In this document: positions 46,542 to 56,530 of the stretch, in pieces
How the letters are laid out: every line of letters starts with the position of its first letter
Position numbering within the stretch: position 1 is the first letter of the stretch
IMG/VR virus record: IMGVR_UViG_3300012931_000759
Location: 276,393-340,392 of that record
DNA: 64,000 nt
Strand: one strand, 5' to 3'
Notes under the pieces: generated by a model
Told to the model about the DNA's origin: nothing
The model's database searches: none
What the model saw: only the letters and a program-made list of their open reading frames with translations
Program-made: the position numbers and the translations under genes

Positions 46542-48734
46542 ATGAGGGATAAGGGTTCCATGGGATTGACCCAAAGTTTCCGCCTGATCCGGTTCAAGGA
46601 CGTAGAGGGACTAGATGCGGAGGATCTTCTGGAGTATACTCCGGACGGCATTCAAGTCCGTTCAGAGATGCTCGGAAAAGTGGTCGAGGATGCTGTCCAT
46701 CGTAACAAATGGACCAGGCGGGGGCTGACCAGGATCCTTTATGAGTGTTTCAAAGGCCACAGCGGTAGTACCAGTCTATATCCGGCCGAGGTGACGTACG
46801 GGCAGCAGAATAACTGCTTCGCCGCGCTTTTTGTGGCGGCAGACGACGCTGGCACGGCGGCTAGCCGCTCCATATCTGGAAACGCCTTGGACACGATCAC
46901 GAAATCCAGCAACCAGATTTACCTAGTCAATGGAAATTTTACGGGTGCCGATGTAGGCAAACTGATCCAGATCACTGGTGGCACCCGGGAAGGCAATAAG
47001 GGTTTTCGGCTCATCACCCAGGTGCTGGGCGCAACCACTGTTGTGGTTACGGGATACGGCTCCTCCGGAGGTTTTGCCTCCAACGCCACGGAGAATTTTG
47101 GTGGCGTCGCCCTGTGGACCATTGTTCGTCCGGCGGATGCGCGTGTTGAATGGAATGAGTCGGACGGTCAGTTCAATACCAAGATTCCGCAGGGAAACGC
47201 TTCCGGCGCGGCTCTTTCTGAACGTGGAAGTAGGGCTTGTCTTATTTCTGATACGGCCGCAAGTACCTTTAGGCGAATGTCGATCGGATATGTTACAACT
47301 AATCCTTTCCGTGAAATTGAGTATGTTTTCTATGCCTTGGGTTCTTCTATCAGTAGGAACGTCACAGGCTCGCCCCTTGATAGTATTTTTGCTCAAACCA
47401 ATACAATTACATTGACCAATGCGAATTTTTCGCCGAGCGATGTTGGTAAGATTTTAAAAATTTCTGGCGCATCAAACTCTATAAATAATGGGCAGAGGCG
47501 TATTACTGTCTATGTAGATAATACACATGTTAAGACAGATGGACAGTATGCTATAGATGCCTATGAGAATTTTATGAGCGCGCAAGCGCAAGATGGTTTG
47601 TATTCTGCCTCGGCAGAAACCGGATATAAGGGTCTTGATTATTTGCCACTAAAGACCATAGGTCTTTCCGAGGGCATAGCCTGTGGATCAAGTGAGACCT
47701 CGAATCGCACTGGAATTCACTCTGTGCTCGGAATACAGCCAACATTACAAGGTGTGTGTGACCGCATCTATGTTCATGAGGGTACAGGCCTCCATAAATA
47801 TACTGGAGCTGAGACTCTTGGAACATTTGGTGATGGATACGTTCAGGACTCTTCTGTAGGTAATTTCACTGGTGATAAAATCTGTGATGGCTATGTACAG
47901 GGTGAAGGTTTAGATGGTTATGTAAACCTTGGAAGTAGGTGGATGTCTACGGCCGGTAGTAACCATATAATTGGACGTGTTTGGTCAACTACGACTGCGA
48001 AAAAACTCACAGGTATCCGCATAATTTTTCCGCTAGGTGAGAATAAGAATAATTGTCCGGATAGTTTCTTTATTCAGTATTTAGATGCCTCAACGGTTGG
48101 AGATATTCCTGGTAATTTACAGCCAGCAAATAATAGTTGCTGGACTACTATAGGAAGTCTTTATAGTAACCAGGGTGACACCATATTTTCCAATAGAGAG
48201 TATGGTGTAGAGTATACGTTTACCATTCCTGGCGGGGCCGATGCATATGGCATTAGATTATATAATCTGAATGCCTATTCCAATACTGCGGCTGTAGAAG
48301 TTGCGGAATTATATGCTTTTACAGCCGTACCTACTATTTTGATGACAGCGGATACGACGGACCAACTGCGCCTTGCGATTAAGGCTTCACCGTTGTCTGC
48401 TGATTTTCGGAACTTCTATCTTGGGTCATTATCTACAACTAGTGTCGCAACTTTGGTGAACACATTAAATGCACAACTTCGCGGCTATCAGATTGAGGCT
48501 GTGCGGTCCAATTTTGGATATTTATGGATTCGCGGTACTGTACAAGGCAATAATAGCTATTTGACATTAGATTCCATAGATAATGGATCTTCTGCAAACA
48601 CATTATTAGGTATGCCAGTATCAACTATCCGTCGGGCCAAGCAGGGTGCGACGCAGGTTATCATGAAATTGCCTTGTGACGCATTAGCTATCATCTACAG
48701 ATTTGCTATTTCGGGCGATTTACCCATGCCCTGA
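46542..48734 (+). CDS. Putative virion (tail/fiber) protein
   Basis: G/S/T/N-rich; internal repeat NF(T/S)..DVGK...I(T/S)G; three DGY; discoidin-like beta segment; AGGAGG RBS. Confidence 0.55.
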   Translation: MRDKGSMGLTQSFRLIRFKDVEGLDAEDLLEYTPDGIQVRSEMLGKVVEDAVHRNKWTRRGLTRILYECFKGHSGSTSLYPAEVTYGQQNNCFAALFVAADDAGTAASRSISGNALDTITKSSNQIYLVNGNFTGADVGKLIQITGGTREGNKGFRLITQVLGATTVVVTGYGSSGGFASNATENFGGVALWTIVRPADARVEWNESDGQFNTKIPQGNASGAALSERGSRACLISDTAASTFRRMSIGYVTTNPFREIEYVFYALGSSISRNVTGSPLDSIFAQTNTITLTNANFSPSDVGKILKISGASNSINNGQRRITVYVDNTHVKTDGQYAIDAYENFMSAQAQDGLYSASAETGYKGLDYLPLKTIGLSEGIACGSSETSNRTGIHSVLGIQPTLQGVCDRIYVHEGTGLHKYTGAETLGTFGDGYVQDSSVGNFTGDKICDGYVQGEGLDGYVNLGSRWMSTAGSNHIIGRVWSTTTAKKLTGIRIIFPLGENKNNCPDSFFIQYLDASTVGDIPGNLQPANNSCWTTIGSLYSNQGDTIFSNREYGVEYTFTIPGGADAYGIRLYNLNAYSNTAAVEVAELYAFTAVPTILMTADTTDQLRLAIKASPLSADFRNFYLGSLSTTSVATLVNTLNAQLRGYQIEAVRSNFGYLWIRGTVQGNNSYLTLDSIDNGSSANTLLGMPVSTIRRAKQGATQVIMKLPCDALAIIYRFAISGDLPMP

Positions 48735-48743
48735 GGTGAAATT

Positions 48744-49409
48744 ATGATAACCGGACATTTCGACCTTGTGCTTAAAAATGCCAAGGGACTCGTAGACGAG
48801 GATTTCCATGAAGCACATCAATATGGGCGACTACCTTATATGTTGGATAGTTTAAATACAGAACTTGAAGCCCATACCGACAATCTAGTAATGGACGGTG
48901 TTGTGCTATATCTGGGATATAATTTATTCCAGGTAACTGATACTGCAGGATCACAAATAAGTGTTTTGGCTACTAGTACTTCAGCATGGTTTAGTTGTAT
49001 TTGTTTGCTGACAACTGATAGTGAGCCGAATTACACATCTGAATGGAATAGAACCTCATTTACTTTTCAGACTCCAAGTAATGTTCCGGAATCAGCTAAC
49101 ACCTCGAGTGGCGGTAAGCGTTTTAAAGAAGATGCCTCAGAGGTACCGGATGTAAGGTCGGATCAAGGCGGCAGGGAGGCGATTTTTTACCGTGACCGGT
49201 GGTTATACCTTCCATCGCAGGGAATATCATCCAACATCCGAAGTATACAGGCACATATGGCAAACAATCAGGATGGTGGCAATAACTATTATTTTGGACG
49301 TTCTGCTAGGATTCGCATTAAAGATGCCGGCGGAAATCCTATCATCATCAGTAAGACTTCAAGCCAAGTATTGCTTGTTGAGTATCGACTGTCGTTTGTA
49401 AGTATCTGA
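48744..49409 (+). CDS. Hypothetical structural-type protein
   Basis: GAGG RBS; S/T/N-rich; cluster context. Confidence 0.55.
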   Translation: MITGHFDLVLKNAKGLVDEDFHEAHQYGRLPYMLDSLNTELEAHTDNLVMDGVVLYLGYNLFQVTDTAGSQISVLATSTSAWFSCICLLTTDSEPNYTSEWNRTSFTFQTPSNVPESANTSSGGKRFKEDASEVPDVRSDQGGREAIFYRDRWLYLPSQGISSNIRSIQAHMANNQDGGNNYYFGRSARIRIKDAGGNPIIISKTSSQVLLVEYRLSFVSI

Positions 49410-49454
49410 TCACGTAGATTTGTACGGAATCGTTTTGACGCGAAGGTACCCTAG

Positions 49455-51596
49455 ATGACAAGTCGCATTTCGATTTTTGTGAATGATTTCAATGACGATA
49501 TACAGGATCTTCCGGTTATGTCGGGGAATGGAGTTGTGTCTGAAACCGGTGGGGCGTTGGTTGTATCTTCGGATGGCAACCATAACATGAACTGGAATTC
49601 ATCAGGGCGCAACGGAAAATTACCTTATGTAACTGTCCCAATTATCTCAGAATTTACCAAGGTTTATTATGAGTTTACGGTAAAATCATGGACGACGACC
49701 AATCCAACTTATAGCCATTTTGTGGCAGCCTTGTTTCAGAGTGATGCCATTCTTTGGATTCTTGGATCCTCGGATGGTCTGAATTTTTGGGTGATGAAAA
49801 ATTGGGGAACCGCAAGCGCAAGTATTGCGACCACATTACCCCGAAAATTTCGTTTTGTGTGGGATAGATCTAATCCAATCTCGAGTACGTTGACTGTTCA
49901 ATACCAAGTTAGTGCCGACCCTTACATCTGGGCGGATATCGTCTCCAACCAGGCCATAAGTATGACGCCGATCGGGCTCGGTTTTGGTATCAAGAATACG
50001 AATACGTTTCCTGACTGTACAGTTCAATATGAGAATACCGAGATTTATGCCGAGAATGATCAATTCTCACTCTTGGATCAATGCGGTATTGAGGACTCTG
50101 TAGGAACTGGTACCGAAATTATTGGTACTGGCATTTTGTCGGTCGATAAACTACGCAATATTGACAATACTAATAGTGTTGAAGATGAGGGTTTTGCTCG
50201 TCTCGGCTTTGTACCAGCATACTGCCCATCAACCAATGATTTAGAGGGTCATCCATTTTTTTTGGATACGTTTGGTGCACCACGTCTACGAAGTGCCTTT
50301 TTATACGATGCGACACATGATCCTTGGAACAATCCATTTATTTACAATTTAGATGGCTATGGACGCGACGGTCACCATTATATTGGTGGTATACAACAAG
50401 TTACGATGGCTCCATGGGCCACGGAGGTCGTAAGTGCTGATCGCAGTTCGAGGTCTGACTTTCCCGTTCGCTCGCTTATTGTCATTTCTCAGAACGAACT
50501 AGTGATATTCGATCTGGACAATTGGCCGACATCAATTATGATGTGGATGCGTTTTAGGCTGGGCGACGCCTCCAATCAGTATCTGGTCAACAGGATCGTC
50601 GATTCGCTGCGTGCGGTCAGGATGCTCAATGGAACCCTGATGGTTGGATCCCAGGATAATGGTACAGAAAGGGGCGGGCTCTTCTGCGTGGATTTTAAGC
50701 GAACCGGAACGGACTTTTTTCTTCTTGTCCGTTCTGATGGATGGTGGAATGGAACCCTCGGGCGTAACATTACGCACCGCAACCAGACAGGTAACTGGGT
50801 CAGCCAAGGTACAGGCTTCAAGCTGGATAGCGAATACGTCCATTACATCGGTGCTGCCATCGACAACAGTCTGGCTAATCGCGAAAGGACGTGGGTAGTC
50901 GCTGGCTCAGAGGGTCTTATCAGGATTGTAGAAATCCTGGCTAATCAGCCGCAGTTTGACTACAAACCGGTTGGTACTTTGACTGGGCCTCTCAACGATC
51001 TCATCACAGGTTTGAAGTGTTCATTCTTCGACAGTGCCGGTTGGCTATGGCTTGGATGGGGATCCTATGTGTTTCGCGCGATAGCCGATTTCCGGGGAGG
51101 CGTAATAGTGATGGGCGACAATCTCGGCGGCTCCCCGGAGGGACGGCACCGTTATGTTCAACTCCTCCACCCATCGGAATTAGTTGTAGTCAAGTCTTTA
51201 ACGCAAGTTAACGAGAGCATTTACGCGGCCACAAATGTAGGTGTGTACAGAATCAACAGGTTTACCATGGAGGCCTATCTCTGCTATACGATTTCCGGAG
51301 GTTTAGGGGGTGGAATGCTGAATCGGCCACCTGCCGGTGAGTTGCTCGGCGGAGAAGCTAAATACACAGAATGGGCTAAGGGCTTTGTGGTCAACCATTC
51401 TGGAAAACCCATCGGATATCTTGCAGTGGCCTCGGCGCAGACTACATTCTCCTCATCCTTACCTACGCATGGTAGCGGTGCTGTGACCCTAATCCGAACA
51501 TATGACGATAGTGTGATAGACCGGCGGATACACACCGGGGTATCCTCTGGATTGACCGAAGACGGTGCCTGGTTCTTTATGCCTTTTGGCACATAA
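49455..51596 (+). CDS. Putative virion protein (lectin-like N-terminus plus propeller-like C-terminus); paralog of the next gene
   Basis: N-terminal ~200 aa aligns with 51604..54501 (NDF.D..QDLPV.SG.G.VSETGGALVVS...RNGKLPY...TTLPRKFRFVWD). Confidence 0.55.
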   Translation: MTSRISIFVNDFNDDIQDLPVMSGNGVVSETGGALVVSSDGNHNMNWNSSGRNGKLPYVTVPIISEFTKVYYEFTVKSWTTTNPTYSHFVAALFQSDAILWILGSSDGLNFWVMKNWGTASASIATTLPRKFRFVWDRSNPISSTLTVQYQVSADPYIWADIVSNQAISMTPIGLGFGIKNTNTFPDCTVQYENTEIYAENDQFSLLDQCGIEDSVGTGTEIIGTGILSVDKLRNIDNTNSVEDEGFARLGFVPAYCPSTNDLEGHPFFLDTFGAPRLRSAFLYDATHDPWNNPFIYNLDGYGRDGHHYIGGIQQVTMAPWATEVVSADRSSRSDFPVRSLIVISQNELVIFDLDNWPTSIMMWMRFRLGDASNQYLVNRIVDSLRAVRMLNGTLMVGSQDNGTERGGLFCVDFKRTGTDFFLLVRSDGWWNGTLGRNITHRNQTGNWVSQGTGFKLDSEYVHYIGAAIDNSLANRERTWVVAGSEGLIRIVEILANQPQFDYKPVGTLTGPLNDLITGLKCSFFDSAGWLWLGWGSYVFRAIADFRGGVIVMGDNLGGSPEGRHRYVQLLHPSELVVVKSLTQVNESIYAATNVGVYRINRFTMEAYLCYTISGGLGGGMLNRPPAGELLGGEAKYTEWAKGFVVNHSGKPIGYLAVASAQTTFSSSLPTHGSGAVTLIRTYDDSVIDRRIHTGVSSGLTEDGAWFFMPFGT

Positions 51597-51603
51597 GGCA
51601 ACA

Positions 51604-54501
51604 ATGACTGTCCAGCGCATTCCAATCTACATCAATGATTTCAGTGATGGCGTACAGGACCTTCCTGTTCTATCGGGAGCTGGTTCAGTTTCTGAAACGG
51701 GTGGCGCGCTGGTCGTGTCGGCTTCCACTAGTCAGAATCTGGATTGGTGGTCGACATATCGCAACGGGAAATTGCCCTATATACCTATCTCGCTCTCGGA
51801 CAACTACACTAGAATCTACTACGAATTCACCATTAGATCCTGGACGACAGCTAATACATCGGTAAGTGCGCTTGTTGTTGCTCTTTTCCAGAATGACATG
51901 ACCCTTCTCTGGTTCCTCTATAGCCAGGATGGTTTAACATTCAACGTCTATAAGAACTGGAACACCAGTTCCCTTGGCAGCATTGTAACAACGCTGCCCA
52001 GAAAGTTTCGATTTGTGTGGGATCCGTACGATTTTAAAGTGACCGTACAATGTCTGACCACCGAAAGCCCGCCTACATGGACAACTGTCATGGCAGCGCA
52101 GACCATAGGCATGACACCTATTGGCCTCGGATTCAGCATTAAGAACTGGAATACTTTTCCGGCGTGTACAGCCCAGTACGAGGACACCGAGATCTACGCC
52201 GAAAATTTCCAGATGCTCGACACTGATCCCTTTGGCGGTATTGAGGACTCGCTTGTGTTTCCATCCCCCGGACCATCCGTTGGTAGCGGAGGCGGTGGTA
52301 TCGGCCTAAATGGAGCGGGGCCAACCCAGGATGGATGGCAGAATAACGAGCCACTCCTTGGTTTCGAGGATGCTGGGAGGTTACTATCCGCAGGAGGCTC
52401 TCCGGATCCAATGTCGGGAATTCCGGACGGGGTGTTTATTCCGGAGCCAAGCGGGCTTGAGGACACGGTGTTCCTACCGAATGTCGGCGGGACGCCGGAT
52501 TGGGTGACGGGGATACCCGAGGGTTCGATTCCGTCGAATCCGAAAGGCGGCGCGGAGGATAGTAGTTATATCGAGGCAACGGCGCCAACATATGCGAAGG
52601 AAGTTAATGACGTAGATGGGCGTGAGACACTTAGTGGGAGTAGCGTCCGCCAGGTTTATTTGTACGACGCCTCGCAGGACCCATGGTATACGCATGGAGC
52701 AGACTACTACGGGGCCGCACAGAATGGGAAGTGTTATTACAACGGGGTAGAGTGCGGTCCCGGCGCGTTCAGTGTGTCCGGCATTTTCAACGATACGGCC
52801 TGGTCAAGGCCGGGAGGCTATCTGGATGCGATCTCGACTGCGAAGGATAGCGAAATCAGCGTCCCATTATCTGGCACGGTACGTTTCACCAGTTCGGCAG
52901 CAGGTGGGTTTTCGTATACGCAGATCCGGAGCACTCTACGATGGTTCTTGACCGGCGATTTCGATATCCAGCTCGACTATAACATCGTATCGGTCGGCTT
53001 TGGCCCCGGCGACGGCGGCATCATCTTCGAGGCTTACATCGATCCAAATAACTACTTCTACGTCCGCAGGAAAATATTCGGAGGTGGCCGGTACGATAAG
53101 GATGTGAGGAATAATGGTGGTTGGACCTCATATGCTTTTGTATCTACTAGCGACACAAGTGGCAGTATGCGGCTCACCCGTACCGGCTCTGTCGTGAGGT
53201 CATATTACTGGAACGGCGCATCGTGGACACAGATTGGCAGTGACTTCACCATGACCTACAACAGGCCAATGTGGGTGAATGTTGGATACTCATTCAACCT
53301 GATCCCGACAGTGACGGTGCTTGAGGTGAGCAGATTCATAATCAATTCCGGAGCCACTACAAATCTGATCGGCTGGGCACGGGAGGTGGCCGGAACCTAC
53401 CGGGGCACCTTGGCCGCTTTTCCCCCGCGTGCCCTTCTAGCCTCGTCCGGAAACGGGTTCGACATTCTTGACGCGGACACACAGAAGCTCTGGATGAGCT
53501 TTCGCAGTGCGACAAGTAATCTTGTGGGCGGAGATGCCAACTTCTACATCCGGCAGATTGTGGCCAAGGACGGTGTGCTGTTTGTGGCCTACCGCAACTT
53601 TGACTCACTGGGAACGGCCAATGGATGGGTGGCCTGGATCGATTTTACGGTGGACTCGGTACGCCTTGTGCGCGGACCGACCCAAGGTGACGGCGGGTTG
53701 ATCTACAATGTCGAATTGTCAACGGGCATTTGGCCGAAAGACGCCTCCAACGGATGTATCGCTTTCAGGAATTCTGCGCGGGGTTATATGGCCTCGTTCA
53801 ACGCCGACTGGGCTATGCAGCATTCGCGCGGCAATTGGTGCGACCTATTACACGATTCTGGGTTTCAGTACCGCGCGCTGGCGAACAACGGCGGCGCGAT
53901 GATACAGAAATGGAAGAGATGGCGATTCGAGGGATTTGGTAATCAGAACTGGAGCACTCCGGACAAGGGTATCTCGACCAAGACCACTGCGATGAAATGG
54001 TTACTGTTTAATCCGACTACCAAGGCTCTCTATTACCATGATCGGAGCCAGCTCCATGTTGCCAATTTCGCGACTTGGAGCGCTGTTCTAAGCGGTGCTG
54101 GTGGTACTTGGATCGAAGACAATAGCTATAATCTGTCAGGAAGCGTCGATTCCAACACTGCAGTTGGCGAGGCCCAGGATAAAATGATGCTATACGATGG
54201 ATATCTATGGTATCCGCGCGTAAATGGGGTATACAGGATTGATCCAGGAATCGGCATCTCCATGCTGTATTATGGCATGGTCGGATCAGGCGCCGTACAG
54301 GAAATCCTACCTGACTATACTACGGTGGCTTCGATCCACCAGTCAAGTGACGGGACAACAGCTTTTCTAGCTATAGGGATCCAGTTCATCCGTGACAAGC
54401 AATCGTGTGACCAGGTTGTGCTTGTGGATATTTCGACAGACACAATATATGGTGTAGGGGCCATTACTAAGGGCCGTACAACCTATGCGATGGCGGTGTG
54501 A
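51604..54501 (+). CDS. Putative virion/receptor-binding protein
   Basis: Paralogous N-terminus; Gx-ED linker repeats; LTGDFDIQ...MRLTRTGSVVRSYY concanavalin-like insert. Confidence 0.55.
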   Translation: MTVQRIPIYINDFSDGVQDLPVLSGAGSVSETGGALVVSASTSQNLDWWSTYRNGKLPYIPISLSDNYTRIYYEFTIRSWTTANTSVSALVVALFQNDMTLLWFLYSQDGLTFNVYKNWNTSSLGSIVTTLPRKFRFVWDPYDFKVTVQCLTTESPPTWTTVMAAQTIGMTPIGLGFSIKNWNTFPACTAQYEDTEIYAENFQMLDTDPFGGIEDSLVFPSPGPSVGSGGGGIGLNGAGPTQDGWQNNEPLLGFEDAGRLLSAGGSPDPMSGIPDGVFIPEPSGLEDTVFLPNVGGTPDWVTGIPEGSIPSNPKGGAEDSSYIEATAPTYAKEVNDVDGRETLSGSSVRQVYLYDASQDPWYTHGADYYGAAQNGKCYYNGVECGPGAFSVSGIFNDTAWSRPGGYLDAISTAKDSEISVPLSGTVRFTSSAAGGFSYTQIRSTLRWFLTGDFDIQLDYNIVSVGFGPGDGGIIFEAYIDPNNYFYVRRKIFGGGRYDKDVRNNGGWTSYAFVSTSDTSGSMRLTRTGSVVRSYYWNGASWTQIGSDFTMTYNRPMWVNVGYSFNLIPTVTVLEVSRFIINSGATTNLIGWAREVAGTYRGTLAAFPPRALLASSGNGFDILDADTQKLWMSFRSATSNLVGGDANFYIRQIVAKDGVLFVAYRNFDSLGTANGWVAWIDFTVDSVRLVRGPTQGDGGLIYNVELSTGIWPKDASNGCIAFRNSARGYMASFNADWAMQHSRGNWCDLLHDSGFQYRALANNGGAMIQKWKRWRFEGFGNQNWSTPDKGISTKTTAMKWLLFNPTTKALYYHDRSQLHVANFATWSAVLSGAGGTWIEDNSYNLSGSVDSNTAVGEAQDKMMLYDGYLWYPRVNGVYRIDPGIGISMLYYGMVGSGAVQEILPDYTTVASIHQSSDGTTAFLAIGIQFIRDKQSCDQVVLVDISTDTIYGVGAITKGRTTYAMAV

Positions 54502-54504
54502 TAT

Positions 54505-56520
54505 ATGGGACGGGCGACCATCGCGGCATCATATTTCTGGGGCATCGTCAATCATACCATCATACAAGGAGATGGGATGGTTAGTCCCTCTCTGTCCTCT
54601 GTGACGGTGGGGGATCCTAATACGGTTCGTGTGGTATTTGATCGCACTATGTTACAGGACGGATATCTGTTACGCCTTGACAACTACGCCATCACAAAGA
54701 CGGCCGATCCGACAATCGCCTTGGCGGTTTTCCGCGTGCTGTCCGTCGCCAACCGACCGGACGCAGTCGATTTGATTACACAGGACCAGGAGGCGGTCGC
54801 CTACAACTTAGTTGTGGGAATGGCTCCAGTCAGCGAACCTATCAGGGACGCTTACGGAAACCCCTTTACGCCTAGTTACATGGGTTTTACTGGCCAGGCG
54901 CCCCCGGCGACATCCTACAGTAGCCTCTATATGTTCTCAGGGTTTGAGGCCGGAATGGATGCCAAGACGGAAGAGAGTTGGGACCCCGATCTGGATCCCC
55001 CGTATCTTGCACACCTAGATCCAGCCGACGGATATATCAATGTCGACGCGAATCCGCAGATACATCTGGATATCCTGGATGCGATTAGCGGGGTTAACGA
55101 ACTGTCGGTGTGGATCAAGATAAATGGGATCTATGCTTGGCTGCTCGGCATGGAGCAGCCCGGATTCACCGTGATGCGATCCACAGTCCCCATGGGCTAC
55201 CGATACGAGATCAAACGCTCGCTTACGTTCGGCCCACATCAGTTGGTGTTGATCGAGGTGTATGCCGAAGATCTGGTCGGCATCCCCAACATTCTTTCGA
55301 CAAGTTACTCATTTACCACAATTGGGAGCAGCCATACCCCATTCCTACGTAATTTCGATCCCACTCCTGAAATCGGCGGTGTGCCACCGTCGTACAGCTA
55401 TTCGTTCGATCTGCTCGACGACTACGACGATGTAAACCCTGCCACGATCCTATTCTATGTCAATGGTGCCCAGGTTTACAGCGGAGCCACGGGACTTTGG
55501 ACGGCGCCATATGACGGATACATAGGGCGCGTGGAGAATATCGATGGATATGACGGATACCATGTGCGGATCGACCATCCATCCTTCCCCAATTCTTCAA
55601 GAGTCAACATCCGAGTTGTAGCTTTCGATTTCCATGCCACAATGTTAGACCAGACCTACGGGATCTGGATTGCGCCGATGGCTTTTGCGCCGACCATTGA
55701 TCCGTACGAGATTACCCTTCGCCTGTCTTTCAGTGGTGCGATGGATTCCACAGTTGTTCTTGATGCTTCGCTGTTCCGCCTTTCGGGCGGCGCTTATGTG
55801 CGGAAGGTGGATGCTCTTTCGCAATCGGAGCTACAACTTTGGGTTGAGCGCATGCTGGGACCTGGACCGTTCACCCTGACGGTGTCCAGCCTTGTTGCTG
55901 ATAGTCATGGGGGACATCCAGTTGGGGACATTGTTCTGGCGGTTCCCGTATTCCATTCGGATGCCCTGTTCTCCAACAACGACGGGTTGCTGCGGTCGTG
56001 GCATGAGAATCGGCTTGTTCTAAGGGATGGACAGCGGGTGTATTTTGCTGGCCTGCGTGGAATTGATGTTCTGGACATTAGACTCGGAATGACGGCCGCC
56101 AACCGTTGGGCTCAGGTACTCGATGCGTACGGCGTGAATGCGATGTGCCTATTGGGCTCAATGGACGGATATGATTTTGCTACTGGGGCGCCCCCTGCTC
56201 TAGTAAACCCCGATCCTGCCCCGGACGTTGTCGGTGTTCCGACGGACACGGATATCCTATTCTCGGTCACCGAGACGATTATCGCAGTCGAGACGACATC
56301 GTTGGCGATCTATGTCGGAACCGCCCTCGTGTTCAGTGGCATAGGTGGCTGGGCCGGACACTGGGGTGGGCAGATCACAGTTCGCTCACGGGCGCTCGAT
56401 GTCGAATTGTTCCCGCCAGAGCCGTTCGAGCCGGATTCGAGGATTCAAGTGAGGGTCATCGCCAGCGACCTGCTCGGCAACTTGTTAGACAGATCCTACA
56501 CTTTTACGACAGCTGTATAG
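54505..56520 (+). CDS. Putative virion protein with Ig-like repeats
   Basis: C-terminal ~400 aa aligns with 45188..46456 (PYEI.L..FSG.M, RSWHE.RL, WAQ.LD.YG, DL.GNLLD.SYTFT); six DGY. Confidence 0.6.
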   Translation: MGRATIAASYFWGIVNHTIIQGDGMVSPSLSSVTVGDPNTVRVVFDRTMLQDGYLLRLDNYAITKTADPTIALAVFRVLSVANRPDAVDLITQDQEAVAYNLVVGMAPVSEPIRDAYGNPFTPSYMGFTGQAPPATSYSSLYMFSGFEAGMDAKTEESWDPDLDPPYLAHLDPADGYINVDANPQIHLDILDAISGVNELSVWIKINGIYAWLLGMEQPGFTVMRSTVPMGYRYEIKRSLTFGPHQLVLIEVYAEDLVGIPNILSTSYSFTTIGSSHTPFLRNFDPTPEIGGVPPSYSYSFDLLDDYDDVNPATILFYVNGAQVYSGATGLWTAPYDGYIGRVENIDGYDGYHVRIDHPSFPNSSRVNIRVVAFDFHATMLDQTYGIWIAPMAFAPTIDPYEITLRLSFSGAMDSTVVLDASLFRLSGGAYVRKVDALSQSELQLWVERMLGPGPFTLTVSSLVADSHGGHPVGDIVLAVPVFHSDALFSNNDGLLRSWHENRLVLRDGQRVYFAGLRGIDVLDIRLGMTAANRWAQVLDAYGVNAMCLLGSMDGYDFATGAPPALVNPDPAPDVVGVPTDTDILFSVTETIIAVETTSLAIYVGTALVFSGIGGWAGHWGGQITVRSRALDVELFPPEPFEPDSRIQVRVIASDLLGNLLDRSYTFTTAV

Positions 56521-56530
56521 GGGACCAATA

